Of a stretch of DNA of 49,286 nucleotides, positions 20,492 through 29,442 are shown one piece after another. The translations under genes and the position numbers were made by a program. The notes under the pieces are model-generated. The model had not been told where the DNA came from. It ran no database searches and was given only the letters and a program-made list of their open reading frames with translations. Source of the stretch: Candidatus Nanosyncoccus sp. (GTDB taxonomy: Bacteria > Patescibacteriota > Saccharimonadia > Saccharimonadales > Saccharimonadaceae); NCBI GenBank assembly GCA_045629825.1, contig JAZQRY010000057.1, positions 1 through 49,286 of the forward strand. Reading direction: 5' to 3'. Numbering within the stretch: the first letter of the stretch is position 1; the number at the start of each line of letters is the position of its first letter.

Positions 20492-20507
20492 TTAGGAGGT
20501 ATAAATT

Positions 20508-21104
20508 ATGGCAAAAACAGAAGTTACTATCGAACAAATCAAAAAGCTAAAAGAGCTCTCTGGTGCAGGTCTCACCGACGCTAAGCAAGCTCTCGTCGAA
20601 GCCAAAGGTGATTTCGACAAAGCTCTCGAAGCAATGCGCAAAAAAGGCTTAACCAAGGCCGAGAAGCGCGGCGATCGCGAGACTCGCGAAGGTCGTGTTG
20701 ACTCTTATATTCACGACGGTCGTCTAGGCGCTATCGTTGAAGTTAACTGTGAGACTTCCTTCGTAGCAAACACCGATGAATTCAAGACGCTAGCTCATCA
20801 AATTGCGATGCAGGTCGCTTCGATGAACCCGCTTTATGTATCTGAAGATGATATTCCGGCCGAAGCTCGTGAAGCTAAGCTAAAAGAACTCGAATCCAAT
20901 TTCAAAGGCCCCGAGAATATGAAAGACAAAATCCTCGAAGGTCAAATGAAGAAAGCTTTTGCCGATAAAGTATTGATGAATCAACCTTACATCTTGGATG
21001 ACACCAAGACTGTTGCGCAGTTCATCAAAGAAGCTATCGCCAAGACCGGTGAAAACATCACCGTCAAGCAATTCAAGCGCATCGAACTAGGTGTTACTGA
21101 ATAA
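20508..21104 (+). CDS. tsf: Elongation factor Ts (short form)
   Basis: EVNCETSFVA, SYIH. Confidence 0.96.
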   Translation: MAKTEVTIEQIKKLKELSGAGLTDAKQALVEAKGDFDKALEAMRKKGLTKAEKRGDRETREGRVDSYIHDGRLGAIVEVNCETSFVANTDEFKTLAHQIAMQVASMNPLYVSEDDIPAEAREAKLKELESNFKGPENMKDKILEGQMKKAFADKVLMNQPYILDDTKTVAQFIKEAIAKTGENITVKQFKRIELGVTE

Positions 21105-21111
21105 AAAAACG

Positions 21112-21151
21112 AAAATCAGGCGCCCTCGCAGTTAGGTGCGCCTGATTTTTT
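21112..21151. terminator. Terminator after tsf
   Basis: AAAATCAGGCGC/GCGCCTGATTTT plus T tract. Confidence 0.8.
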
Positions 21152-21171
21152 GCATAGAGTATTATTGGGTA

Positions 21172-22095
21172 TTACTTACGTGAACGCTTCTTGGTATTCT
21201 TGCCACGTGCGATGAAGTAAATCCCAGCGAAGCCTGTAATTGACAGAATGATTAATCCAGTAATCAGGTAATCAGTCTGTGAAATATTCAGTGCTCCCGC
21301 AGTCGATCCACCAGTATTAGGTACTTTGCTTGGTTCTGCCTTCGTTGTATAATTTAGACCTACGGTATACGGCTCGTACAGCTCGCCACCTGCCGAATTT
21401 AGCGCGGTAGTCACCACGGTATATTTCCCTTCTGCAACATTCTTTTCGTATAGTGGCAATTCTACCTTAGTTGTACCCCTCGGTACAATAATCGGCGAAA
21501 TTGACTCGACCAACTTTCCGTTTTCATCATAAATATCGATTTGAATTGAGTCGATATCAGGATTATCTACGTCGTAATCAAGATTTGCATAGACATCCTC
21601 CGTCTCACTATCCTGTTCAATCGTCGTGATCACTGGGACGTATTCGATCGAAATTGCATCTTCGTATTCTACACCATCCAGACCGTACCCAATCATTTTG
21701 ACCGTGTATTCACCATAGCCCAGATTAAGATCTGAGAAATTAAAGCCTACAGTACCTTCGCCATATTCTTGCATGTCCGTCGGAACCGAAGAGTCATCAA
21801 TTGTTACGGACTGCAAATTACCATCATCGTCATAATATTCTAATTTTGTTACGATCCGATTTAGTCTCTCGTAGCTAAACTGAATCGCCTGCTCTGCATG
21901 AGCTAATGTCGAATCGCTCTTCGGCGAATCCACTTCAACGTACGAAGTATTCGACGCCACTCGTACGGAAAGGTGGTCGGTTGTTGTTTTGGTTGCTGAA
22001 GCGCCTGGTACCGGTAAGGTCGCTGCAAAAACCGTCATCGAAGCTACGGCGAGCAGTCCCATGATACCAAGAGCCATCTTTGGTGTTTTTTTCAT
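21172..22095 (-). CDS. Secreted surface protein with Ig-like domains and a VPNTG-TM-basic-tail anchor
   Basis: Signal peptide, beta-rich acidic body, VPNTG, TM, KKRSRK. Confidence 0.75.
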   Translation of the reverse strand: MKKTPKMALGIMGLLAVASMTVFAATLPVPGASATKTTTDHLSVRVASNTSYVEVDSPKSDSTLAHAEQAIQFSYERLNRIVTKLEYYDDDGNLQSVTIDDSSVPTDMQEYGEGTVGFNFSDLNLGYGEYTVKMIGYGLDGVEYEDAISIEYVPVITTIEQDSETEDVYANLDYDVDNPDIDSIQIDIYDENGKLVESISPIIVPRGTTKVELPLYEKNVAEGKYTVVTTALNSAGGELYEPYTVGLNYTTKAEPSKVPNTGGSTAGALNISQTDYLITGLIILSITGFAGIYFIARGKNTKKRSRK

Positions 22096-22149
22096 ACTCT
22101 ACACTCTCTTTTTTTATTATTATTTTTTATTTTGGTCTCGCAGTTCGTA

Positions 22150-23157
22150 CTAGATAGCCAGTCTAGAACGACGTTCTTTGCGTTTCCTAATTAACAGTAT
22201 AATCCATATGATTAATAATGTCAAGACTATTATTATAAGAATTATAGAAATTGGCGAAAATAGGAAATAAATTTGTTCAATTGTCTGCTCTTGATCGCCT
22301 GCTGTTACTGTCCAAGTGGCTTTGTAAATGCCAAAATCCGGAGTTTCTTTCCATTCATCGGTCACACTCAGCTCAACTTCTGGAATAATTGAAACCTGTG
22401 CTCCGCCATTCGGCGTCTCGTAAGAAGAGAACCCGATAATCGGCTCAACTTTTAGCTTCCCTATTGCGCTAAAATCCACGTTGCCGTTATTCTTGACCTT
22501 AGCTGAGCCGTAAACATTATTACGAGTGACACCTGACTCGGTTATACCACGGTCCAATTTAATATTAGTAATATCGGCCTTAATAATGCTTTCACCTTCT
22601 GTAGATCTACCATAGATCACCATCCCTGGGCTAGCCTCGGCTCGGACCGTATCTTCTGACGTAGCTTCGCCCAATGCATGCACAAAGAGTACGGCATACT
22701 GACCACCAGCCGGTATATTAGGTGGCGTAGTGATATGATAATCTATCTGGATTGATTCGCCCGCCTTGATTGTATATTTCGGCTTCTGTACGAAGCGGCC
22801 ATCTGCATCCTTGAAAGTGATCCAACGCGTAATCTGGGTATAATTATTCTCCTGACTGAATCCTAGCTTATATGTGTCATCTTCTTCGGAATATGAGTAA
22901 GAATATGGGCTAGCAAAAATTTCTACTTTAACGTCTTCATTGCCTTCATTGCGTACCTCAAATGTTTTCTCGAGTGTGTTATCGGAAGATAACTGCACTA
23001 CGAAATTAGCTGGTGACAAACGAAGACTAGTGCCGATAATCTCTGTCTGTCCGCCATTATTTTCTTCTCCGTCGGCATAAGCATGCCCCACAAAAAATCC
23101 CAGGCTAAGAATTGTCGCCAAACTGACAGCCAGGGTAGCTAGTAGATTCTTTCTCAT
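22150..23157 (-). CDS. DUF916/DUF3324-like (WxL-interacting type) cell-surface protein
   Basis: Signal peptide; V.N.G, P.NIPAGGQYA, VKNNGNVDF, C-terminal TM plus basic tail; strong AAGGAGG SD. Confidence 0.7.
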   Translation of the reverse strand: MRKNLLATLAVSLATILSLGFFVGHAYADGEENNGGQTEIIGTSLRLSPANFVVQLSSDNTLEKTFEVRNEGNEDVKVEIFASPYSYSYSEEDDTYKLGFSQENNYTQITRWITFKDADGRFVQKPKYTIKAGESIQIDYHITTPPNIPAGGQYAVLFVHALGEATSEDTVRAEASPGMVIYGRSTEGESIIKADITNIKLDRGITESGVTRNNVYGSAKVKNNGNVDFSAIGKLKVEPIIGFSSYETPNGGAQVSIIPEVELSVTDEWKETPDFGIYKATWTVTAGDQEQTIEQIYFLFSPISIILIIIVLTLLIIWIILLIRKRKERRSRLAI

Positions 23158-23164
23158 TTACCTC

Positions 23165-23345
23165 CTTTATTATTAATTATACCGCACCTTACGGTTTCAA
23201 TACGCTTTGACCAGTGCCTCTGTTGGCGAGATCCGCGTGCCTGCTTCTTGATAAGCAAAAGCTCATTCCGAGCACGATGCGTCTCACTTCGCCAAGTGAT
23301 TACCATATATATAATTGGCAATACCCAACAATAAATCGTGGCGTA
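23165..23345 (-). ncRNA. Candidate structured ncRNA (6S-like rod or long 5' leader)
   Basis: TGCTATAAT at 23351-23359; nested stems TTGGCGA/TCGCCAA, GTGC/GCAC, TGCC/GGCA and TACGC/GCGTA; no ORF. Confidence 0.4.
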
Positions 23346-23382
23346 ATACTATTATAGCACGGTTTGCGGTCATGCGTACAAC

Positions 23383-25767
23383 TTAATTTGGGGGGATTAG
23401 GATTACTAGATGTTCATCTTTACTATCAGTCGTGTTTGTTAATAACTTTGGAACGATTAGCTCTGTAGTCTTTTCGTCTAGTACTCCGTCATAAAATTTG
23501 TCGATAATTTTGCGAAATACTTTATCGTCAGGGCTAGCTATAGAAAACAAAGTCATAGACGACCGAAGTTTTAAATTATCCGGGAATGGAAAGACTTGGT
23601 TGATATCGCTAATTTCTAGCTTTGCTACTACGTCGCAAAGCTCTAATAAGTTTTGTCTTAAGGTCGCGTTTTCTAGATATGCTTTGGCTTCGTTTAAATC
23701 TTCGATTCCGTAGTACTCAGCATTGCTACTACTGCCCAAACCTTTGAGTTGCGGGAACGTATACCACATATAATGCCCGTATTTTCTGCCAGCACTTAAT
23801 TCGTCTAGTGCGTGCTGATGGGAAGATTCTTGCACTCCAATAAACCTATCTAAATCGTATTCTACGGGCTTAATTTCTGCCATCTTCCGAGCTTTTTCTA
23901 GAAAACCTTCATCCAGAGCCGCATTGCGCTGAAAACTGACCATCTTGATATTACTTTTGGCTATTATTAAGGCTTCATCTATTGTATCCCTAGTCTTTTC
24001 GCCGTCGCAAAGCTCAATAAAATATTTTGAAAGTCGCTTAATCATTGACAACTCTCTTTTATCAGCAGCACCTTCGCATGCCGCAGTGAAAAAACTCAGC
24101 CTTTCTTCCCTAAATTTCTTAGCGAATTTATCAAAATCGTCAATCAGCCTTTGTATAATATATCCCTTAACGTCAAACGTGTTTCTACGCATAAGTAACT
24201 TTTCTAAACAAGCTTCTTTCGCCTTTATTCGGTATTTTTTAGTTGGGTGCCCTAGCAGTGAATTAAGGACAATTTTTGCTTCCTCTTTTGAATCGCACCA
24301 ACCAAGATTATTACCAGCTTGCTCAGGCGGAAACTCGGATAAAACATTTGCAAATTGTTCTCTAAGCGATAATTTATTATTTTTAAGCCCAAAAATACGG
24401 CTAGAGATCCACCACGGCAATTCCTTTATCTTATTGTCAGGCAAACCCGCGAGATTCTTCAGATATCCCCCGAGCTCTGGATTTATATCCGTTAGTGTAT
24501 CATTATCTATGCAGAGTATCCAAGTCATAGCATCTATGAAAATGTTTCTCTCGGGCTTACTGCCCTCATCCCATTTACCCCAATTTTCACTAATTGCTTT
24601 ATTGATTCGACGCAAACTCTTTACTCTTGGCCAATAAAGATTATAGATTATATTCGTAAACGGCAAACCATCTTCTATCTCTTTCGGCAAATACTTCCAT
24701 ATTTCATTTAATACCGATCCCGCCACATAAAATAGCGAATCTTTTTCCGTAGTTTTTAGAATATGACAAATGACTTCAAATAGCTCAGCTACCGGCTTGC
24801 GATCATCTAAGAATAGCTGGTTTCTTAAATAGTATTCGGCGAATGTAGCGTTGAGTTTACCGTCCAATATTCGCTTCCTGATTTTTTCGTCCGCCTTTTT
24901 TGTAAAATTTATTACCCGTGGTTCCTTGAAAAAGTTAATAATATTATCGGCGTCGTCGGTTTCCTTTATGGAGTAGTGCACATACCTGCTCGCTAAGTCT
25001 TCACCAAATTCTTGAGTTATCGCACTAAGCAAACTTTCAGTGCTATTCTTAATAATCTGTATTAGTTCAGGGGTAAGGTTAAGACTAGATTTAATTGCGT
25101 CATCATAAAAGTTTTGCTTGATGGGCAGATGTTTAATGATAAGCCCACGGAGCTTTTCTTCCCCGATTCTGGAATAGGCGTCTTTCGCCCGATAGATTCC
25201 CAGTATGGTCTCGTCCGCTTCATTGAAGCCACTATTGAATTGTAGGTGATCGTTGAATTTCTGCGCAAGAATTGCATTTTCCCAACTTTCGGCTGTAATC
25301 CTTGGAACAAATCCATCAAAACAGAGATTTATCAAGGGCTGCAATATGCAAGATTTATCGAAGAAATAGAAATTTCGATAATACAAACTAATGACCGTTT
25401 GCCAAAAAACTTTATCTGAAGATGGTTTGATTTTATACTCTTTTTTGTTGACTTCGCAGACAAAGGCTTCCGAATTTAAGTCTGGCTTCAACCAATGTTT
25501 AGTTGGTATAAAAATGCCGCCAACCAAGAATAACTCAGATTTTGAATTTCTGATGAGATAGTTAATATTATAAAAAGGCGCATCATAAGGGAAAATGACA
25601 AAATTTCTCTTGAGAACATTATGCTCGAGCGAATAAACTAGCCATTCATTATCCCCGCGGTGATTAAAAATAGTTTCGGCATAAATGATTTCTCGCACTT
25701 TAAACCGATTGCAAAAATCCTCAAACTCGGTTTGTTTCTTGATGATGGTTTCTTCTTTGTCGCTCAT
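23383..25767 (-). CDS. Large hypothetical protein with C-terminal DUF1810 domain
   Basis: C-terminal DLDRF..Q...ALDEL..GRK.GHYMWY.FPQLKGLG.S....YYGI...EA.AYL...D.LKLRSSMTLF; AT-rich; N-terminal ~630 aa unassigned. Confidence 0.8.
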   Translation of the reverse strand: MSDKEETIIKKQTEFEDFCNRFKVREIIYAETIFNHRGDNEWLVYSLEHNVLKRNFVIFPYDAPFYNINYLIRNSKSELFLVGGIFIPTKHWLKPDLNSEAFVCEVNKKEYKIKPSSDKVFWQTVISLYYRNFYFFDKSCILQPLINLCFDGFVPRITAESWENAILAQKFNDHLQFNSGFNEADETILGIYRAKDAYSRIGEEKLRGLIIKHLPIKQNFYDDAIKSSLNLTPELIQIIKNSTESLLSAITQEFGEDLASRYVHYSIKETDDADNIINFFKEPRVINFTKKADEKIRKRILDGKLNATFAEYYLRNQLFLDDRKPVAELFEVICHILKTTEKDSLFYVAGSVLNEIWKYLPKEIEDGLPFTNIIYNLYWPRVKSLRRINKAISENWGKWDEGSKPERNIFIDAMTWILCIDNDTLTDINPELGGYLKNLAGLPDNKIKELPWWISSRIFGLKNNKLSLREQFANVLSEFPPEQAGNNLGWCDSKEEAKIVLNSLLGHPTKKYRIKAKEACLEKLLMRRNTFDVKGYIIQRLIDDFDKFAKKFREERLSFFTAACEGAADKRELSMIKRLSKYFIELCDGEKTRDTIDEALIIAKSNIKMVSFQRNAALDEGFLEKARKMAEIKPVEYDLDRFIGVQESSHQHALDELSAGRKYGHYMWYTFPQLKGLGSSSNAEYYGIEDLNEAKAYLENATLRQNLLELCDVVAKLEISDINQVFPFPDNLKLRSSMTLFSIASPDDKVFRKIIDKFYDGVLDEKTTELIVPKLLTNTTDSKDEHLVILIPPN

Positions 25768-25950
25768 GCTTATAATTATCGTTATTTTGTTTTAAAAGTA
25801 AAAGGGTGTTTCGCTAATATATATATCCGTCTGCTTCGTAGTCAACGTCATAAAAATTTCCTAAAGATTCACTTACATGGTCATAATCATACTTTTGTTC
25901 AAAACTAAATAAAATGCAATAATTAATAATCTGACCCCCCCTATAACGAA

Positions 25951-25961
25951 TGGTGCGCGCG
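25951..25961. repeat. 11-bp direct copy of the tRNA-Leu 3' end (att-like)
   Basis: TGGTGCGCGCG at 25951 and at 26017. Confidence 0.6.
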
Positions 25962-26016
25962 TTGGCATAGCCCACGCGTCCGTTTTTTTGATGGACATCC
26001 AAGTCCATCAAGGACT

Positions 26017-26107
26017 TGGTGCGCGCGACTGGACTTGAACCAGCACAGCCGTGAATGTGGCCACTACCACCTCAAGGTAGCGTGTCTACCAATTCCACCA
26101 CGCGCGC
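26017..26107 (-). tRNA. tRNA-Leu(GAG)
   Basis: Acceptor stem GCGCGCG/CGCGCGC, D-loop TGGTAG, anticodon arm CTACC-TTGAGGT-GGTAG, long variable arm, GGTTCAAGTCC, encoded CCA; TGTTATAAT upstream. Confidence 0.97.
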
Positions 26108-26137
26108 TTGTTACTTATTATAACACAGATTTATAAT

Positions 26138-27871
26138 TTATGGCGTTTTATTTTTAGTAGTTTTTGCAGTAGCCCAATCGCCAATATCGGTGAAGCGGTC
26201 CAGTGTTGTCACCAGCTTCGTGTTATCACTAAATGTTCGCACGTTTTTATTGTAGAAATAAGTTAAATTCGGGCGGTATAGAGCAATCGCTGGCACATCG
26301 TCCACCCATCGTTCCAGGAAGCTTTCATATTTCTTGACCCTAAGTTCCGTATCTAAGGTATCTCGCGCCCCCAGCAACAAATCATCCACGAGTGAATCGC
26401 GATAATTTGATAAGTTTAGCCCTCCAGCCGAAGCCTGCGATGAGTGATAATAAGGCAAAAGATCTGGCTCTGCTCCCAGCTCAATCTCGTAAATTAGGAT
26501 ATCATAATTACGCTTCGAAATCACATTGGTAATAAATTCTTGATTTTCTTCGTAGGCCGAGACATTTGCTTCTATTCCCAAATTGGCTAGCTCTGTCTTT
26601 AACGCTTCCGCTACGCTTGGTAAATAGCCAGTATTAACGGTTGCAATATCTATATGAATCGGCTCTTCGCCAGCCAACTCCGCAACCTGCGCCTTGGCCG
26701 ATTCCACATTATGTTCTGGCAAGCTCGGATAAGATCCAATCGCAATTTGCCCATCAACGATCGGATAATCCAGCGTCAATGTCTCTGGCGCCTGCACTCT
26801 GACCGCTCCCCAATCTACACCCTGACGAATCGCCGCGCGCAATTCTTTGTGTTTAGTTTTGTCGTGTGACATATTGAAGAACACAAACGCACCCGAATTT
26901 AAGCTAGAATTTTTCTGAATAAACTGATCCGTAGTGATTCGCTCAGCATCTGCGCCTGTCAGCTCAGCTGTCGCTGTTACCGATCTGGAATTAATTGCCT
27001 GCACAATTTCATCTCTGCTATTATAAGTATGTATTGAAAAACTACTGATCAAAGGCGCACCCCTATAATAATCGAGATTAGAAGACAGATAATAGACTCG
27101 TTCGCCATTATTCGAAGTTTGTGTTGCATTGTAGGAGAAAGGCCCCGAAGTTACCGGCAGAATTGAGAAATCGTTTTCTACTAAAGTTTTACGGTCTGCA
27201 TTTTCGAGTATATGTTTTGGCACTACTGGCACATTTAAGGCCGACATGAAATCTGCATAAGCCGTAGGTAAACCAAATACTACCTCCCCTTCCTCGTTTA
27301 GAGTCACGTTAACATTTGCAAATGCCGAATCATATACTGAATCTACTGCTGGATCCTTAATCAACTGCGCCGTAAACATTACGTCTTCATTCGTTATTGG
27401 CTCCCCATCTGACCACTTCAAGCCCTCTTTCAATTTAACCGCCCAAGTCTTGCCGTTATCGTTCGTGCGCACCGATTCGGCCAGTTCCATACCAGGATGT
27501 CCCGAATAATCATTCGTCGTGATGGTCGCAAATAATAATCTACTAAGTATTTTTTCGCTACTAGTGGTTGCAAAGAGCGGATTTAATGAATTAACTTCGC
27601 CTAGTGTAGCTTCGGTGTATGTCCCACCACTGGTAAAATAGTTTTCTGCATAAGAGTCGCCATACCAAAAAGCCTGCGCCGTAGCCAACATAATTAGCGC
27701 CCCTACCATTAGTGCCCACTCAAGAATTAGTAGCCGGATATTCCCGACGTGTGAAAACCGCCCGATCAGATTTTCTCGGATATGCCTCTGACTGTTTTCG
27801 CTCGCTTCGATTGAAGCTTTCGAAAACTTCTTGATGAATTTTTGCCCACGCTTTTTAATTGAATTTACCAT
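26138..27871 (-). CDS. Peptide ABC transporter substrate-binding protein (family 5)
   Basis: SLNPLF, LKWSDGEPITNEDVMFT, PVTSGPF, YHSSQ...NLSNY. Confidence 0.9.
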   Translation of the reverse strand: MVNSIKKRGQKFIKKFSKASIEASENSQRHIRENLIGRFSHVGNIRLLILEWALMVGALIMLATAQAFWYGDSYAENYFTSGGTYTEATLGEVNSLNPLFATTSSEKILSRLLFATITTNDYSGHPGMELAESVRTNDNGKTWAVKLKEGLKWSDGEPITNEDVMFTAQLIKDPAVDSVYDSAFANVNVTLNEEGEVVFGLPTAYADFMSALNVPVVPKHILENADRKTLVENDFSILPVTSGPFSYNATQTSNNGERVYYLSSNLDYYRGAPLISSFSIHTYNSRDEIVQAINSRSVTATAELTGADAERITTDQFIQKNSSLNSGAFVFFNMSHDKTKHKELRAAIRQGVDWGAVRVQAPETLTLDYPIVDGQIAIGSYPSLPEHNVESAKAQVAELAGEEPIHIDIATVNTGYLPSVAEALKTELANLGIEANVSAYEENQEFITNVISKRNYDILIYEIELGAEPDLLPYYHSSQASAGGLNLSNYRDSLVDDLLLGARDTLDTELRVKKYESFLERWVDDVPAIALYRPNLTYFYNKNVRTFSDNTKLVTTLDRFTDIGDWATAKTTKNKTP

Positions 27872-27872
27872 A

Positions 27873-28100
27873 TTATGCCGGAATTAATAATAGACCCATA
27901 ATTGACGACACGAATATCACAGTCGTAATCACTGTCGTCACGAATAAAGATTTCTCTAATCCCCGCCGCTTAGTATACAACTCACTCGAACTACCCGAAC
28001 CAGAACCCAGCGATGCTCCCCGCTGCTGTACCAAAATCAATAAAATTGTCAGAATCGCCGACGCAAATATTACTATTTCTAAAAACTTTCCTATTTCCAT
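27873..28100 (-). CDS. secG: Preprotein translocase subunit SecG
   Basis: ILVQQRGASLG...RRGLEK.LF..T, two TMs. Confidence 0.9.
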   Translation of the reverse strand: MEIGKFLEIVIFASAILTILLILVQQRGASLGSGSGSSSELYTKRRGLEKSLFVTTVITTVIFVSSIMGLLLIPA

Positions 28101-28118
28101 ATAAAATAACTCCTGCCT

Positions 28119-29396
28119 CTACTTTAGCATATTTTTTCTTTTGAGTAAAGAATGATATGTGATTGCAAACCTATGTGCTTCTTCATCTATCCTGGCGATT
28201 AATCGCGCAATATGGGAGTCGGCTAGTAACTCTGTCTCGCTCAGATGTACTCCGGAATCGGAAGAAGACGGAATTACTAATTTGACTTTCGCATTTCGCG
28301 AATGATCGCCCGACTTGTCGCGCCCTATCACTGGAATATTATATTCACTTACTAGTGGCAAAATCGCTCCTACTTGCGTTGCGCCACCATCCAAAATAAT
28401 TAAATCTGGAAAATCCCACTCTTTGTGCTTTAGCCGTCGTTCAATCATCTCTCGCATACTTTTAAGATCATCATTTCGAGAAGTCCGAATCTTGAACTTC
28501 CGATACTCGCTCCTTGCCGATGCGCCATTAATAAACACCACCATACTTCCTACGGTATTCTCGCCTGATTGATGCGAGATGTCATACCCCTCAATCCGAC
28601 GTGGTGGCACAGCAAGCCCGAGCATCTTTTGTAACTGCCCCAAAGCCTGATCCGACGAAATATCCAAAAACTCTTTATCTGAAAACACGATTTTCCGCTG
28701 CAATTCTTTCAACCCTCTTAGCTGATCGCGAGCTTCTGCGGCTAGTTCGTAATTCCCTTTTGCGGCTTCGGTACGCATAGTTTTTTCTAGCTCTTTCAAA
28801 AGCTTCTTGCGGTCACCTTCGAGATAGCGAATCATTTTGCGTAAATTTCGCTTGTAATCTTTGGGCGTAGACTTACCTACCTCAATCCCTGGCGTTAAAC
28901 CTAGATCGGTATTTAATGTCTTTTTGCCAGTATACGGCTTATCGTAATACGGGAACACTCTTCGCAAAATTCGCACCGCCTTTTCTACTGCCGATTTACC
29001 ATAGAAAGGTCCAATATAAGTAGCTTTATCGTCCTGTGGTGTCCGCGTAAACGACACGTATGGCACCTCTGATTTTATATCGATCCGCACATAAGATACT
29101 GTTTTATCGTCGCGCAGCAGTATATTCCATCTCGGCATGTAGCGCTTGATCATCTCCGCTTCGAGAAACAGTGCGTCCATTTCGGTATCTACTACGATCC
29201 AGTCGGTATCAGCAATCTCTGCTACTAGAGCCTGTGTCTTGACGTCCTTCCGAGATTTCTGAAAATATTGTCGCACACGGTTCTTGAGTACTGCCGCTTT
29301 CCCTACATAGATTATTTTCCCCTCCGAATTCTTATGAAAATAAACTCCCGGCTCGGCCGGAAGTTTATTTAGTTTTTGTTTTAGCTTCTCGTCCAT
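28119..29396 (-). CDS. uvrC: Excinuclease ABC subunit C (no C-terminal HhH)
   Basis: PGVY, IYVGKA, RVRQYF GIY-YIG; UVR domain; RIEGYDISH, DLIILDGG, EAHRFAI. Confidence 0.93.
   Translation of the reverse strand: MDEKLKQKLNKLPAEPGVYFHKNSEGKIIYVGKAAVLKNRVRQYFQKSRKDVKTQALVAEIADTDWIVVDTEMDALFLEAEMIKRYMPRWNILLRDDKTVSYVRIDIKSEVPYVSFTRTPQDDKATYIGPFYGKSAVEKAVRILRRVFPYYDKPYTGKKTLNTDLGLTPGIEVGKSTPKDYKRNLRKMIRYLEGDRKKLLKELEKTMRTEAAKGNYELAAEARDQLRGLKELQRKIVFSDKEFLDISSDQALGQLQKMLGLAVPPRRIEGYDISHQSGENTVGSMVVFINGASARSEYRKFKIRTSRNDDLKSMREMIERRLKHKEWDFPDLIILDGGATQVGAILPLVSEYNIPVIGRDKSGDHSRNAKVKLVIPSSSDSGVHLSETELLADSHIARLIARIDEEAHRFAITYHSLLKRKNMLK
28224..28279. repeat. Inverted repeat within uvrC coding sequence
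   Basis: TAGTAACTCTGTCTC (28224-38) / AAGACGGAATTACTA (28265-79): 15-bp mRNA stem with one mismatch and two G-U pairs. Confidence 0.55.
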
Positions 29397-29442
29397 TGCA
29401 ATTATTATGCCACACTTAAGCTAACGAGTCAATAGAGTATCC

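Noticed and set aside
25814-26011. 65-aa ORF downstream of tRNA-Leu
   Set aside because: Spans the hairpin and att-like repeat, with no SD or recognisable domain; at most a remnant
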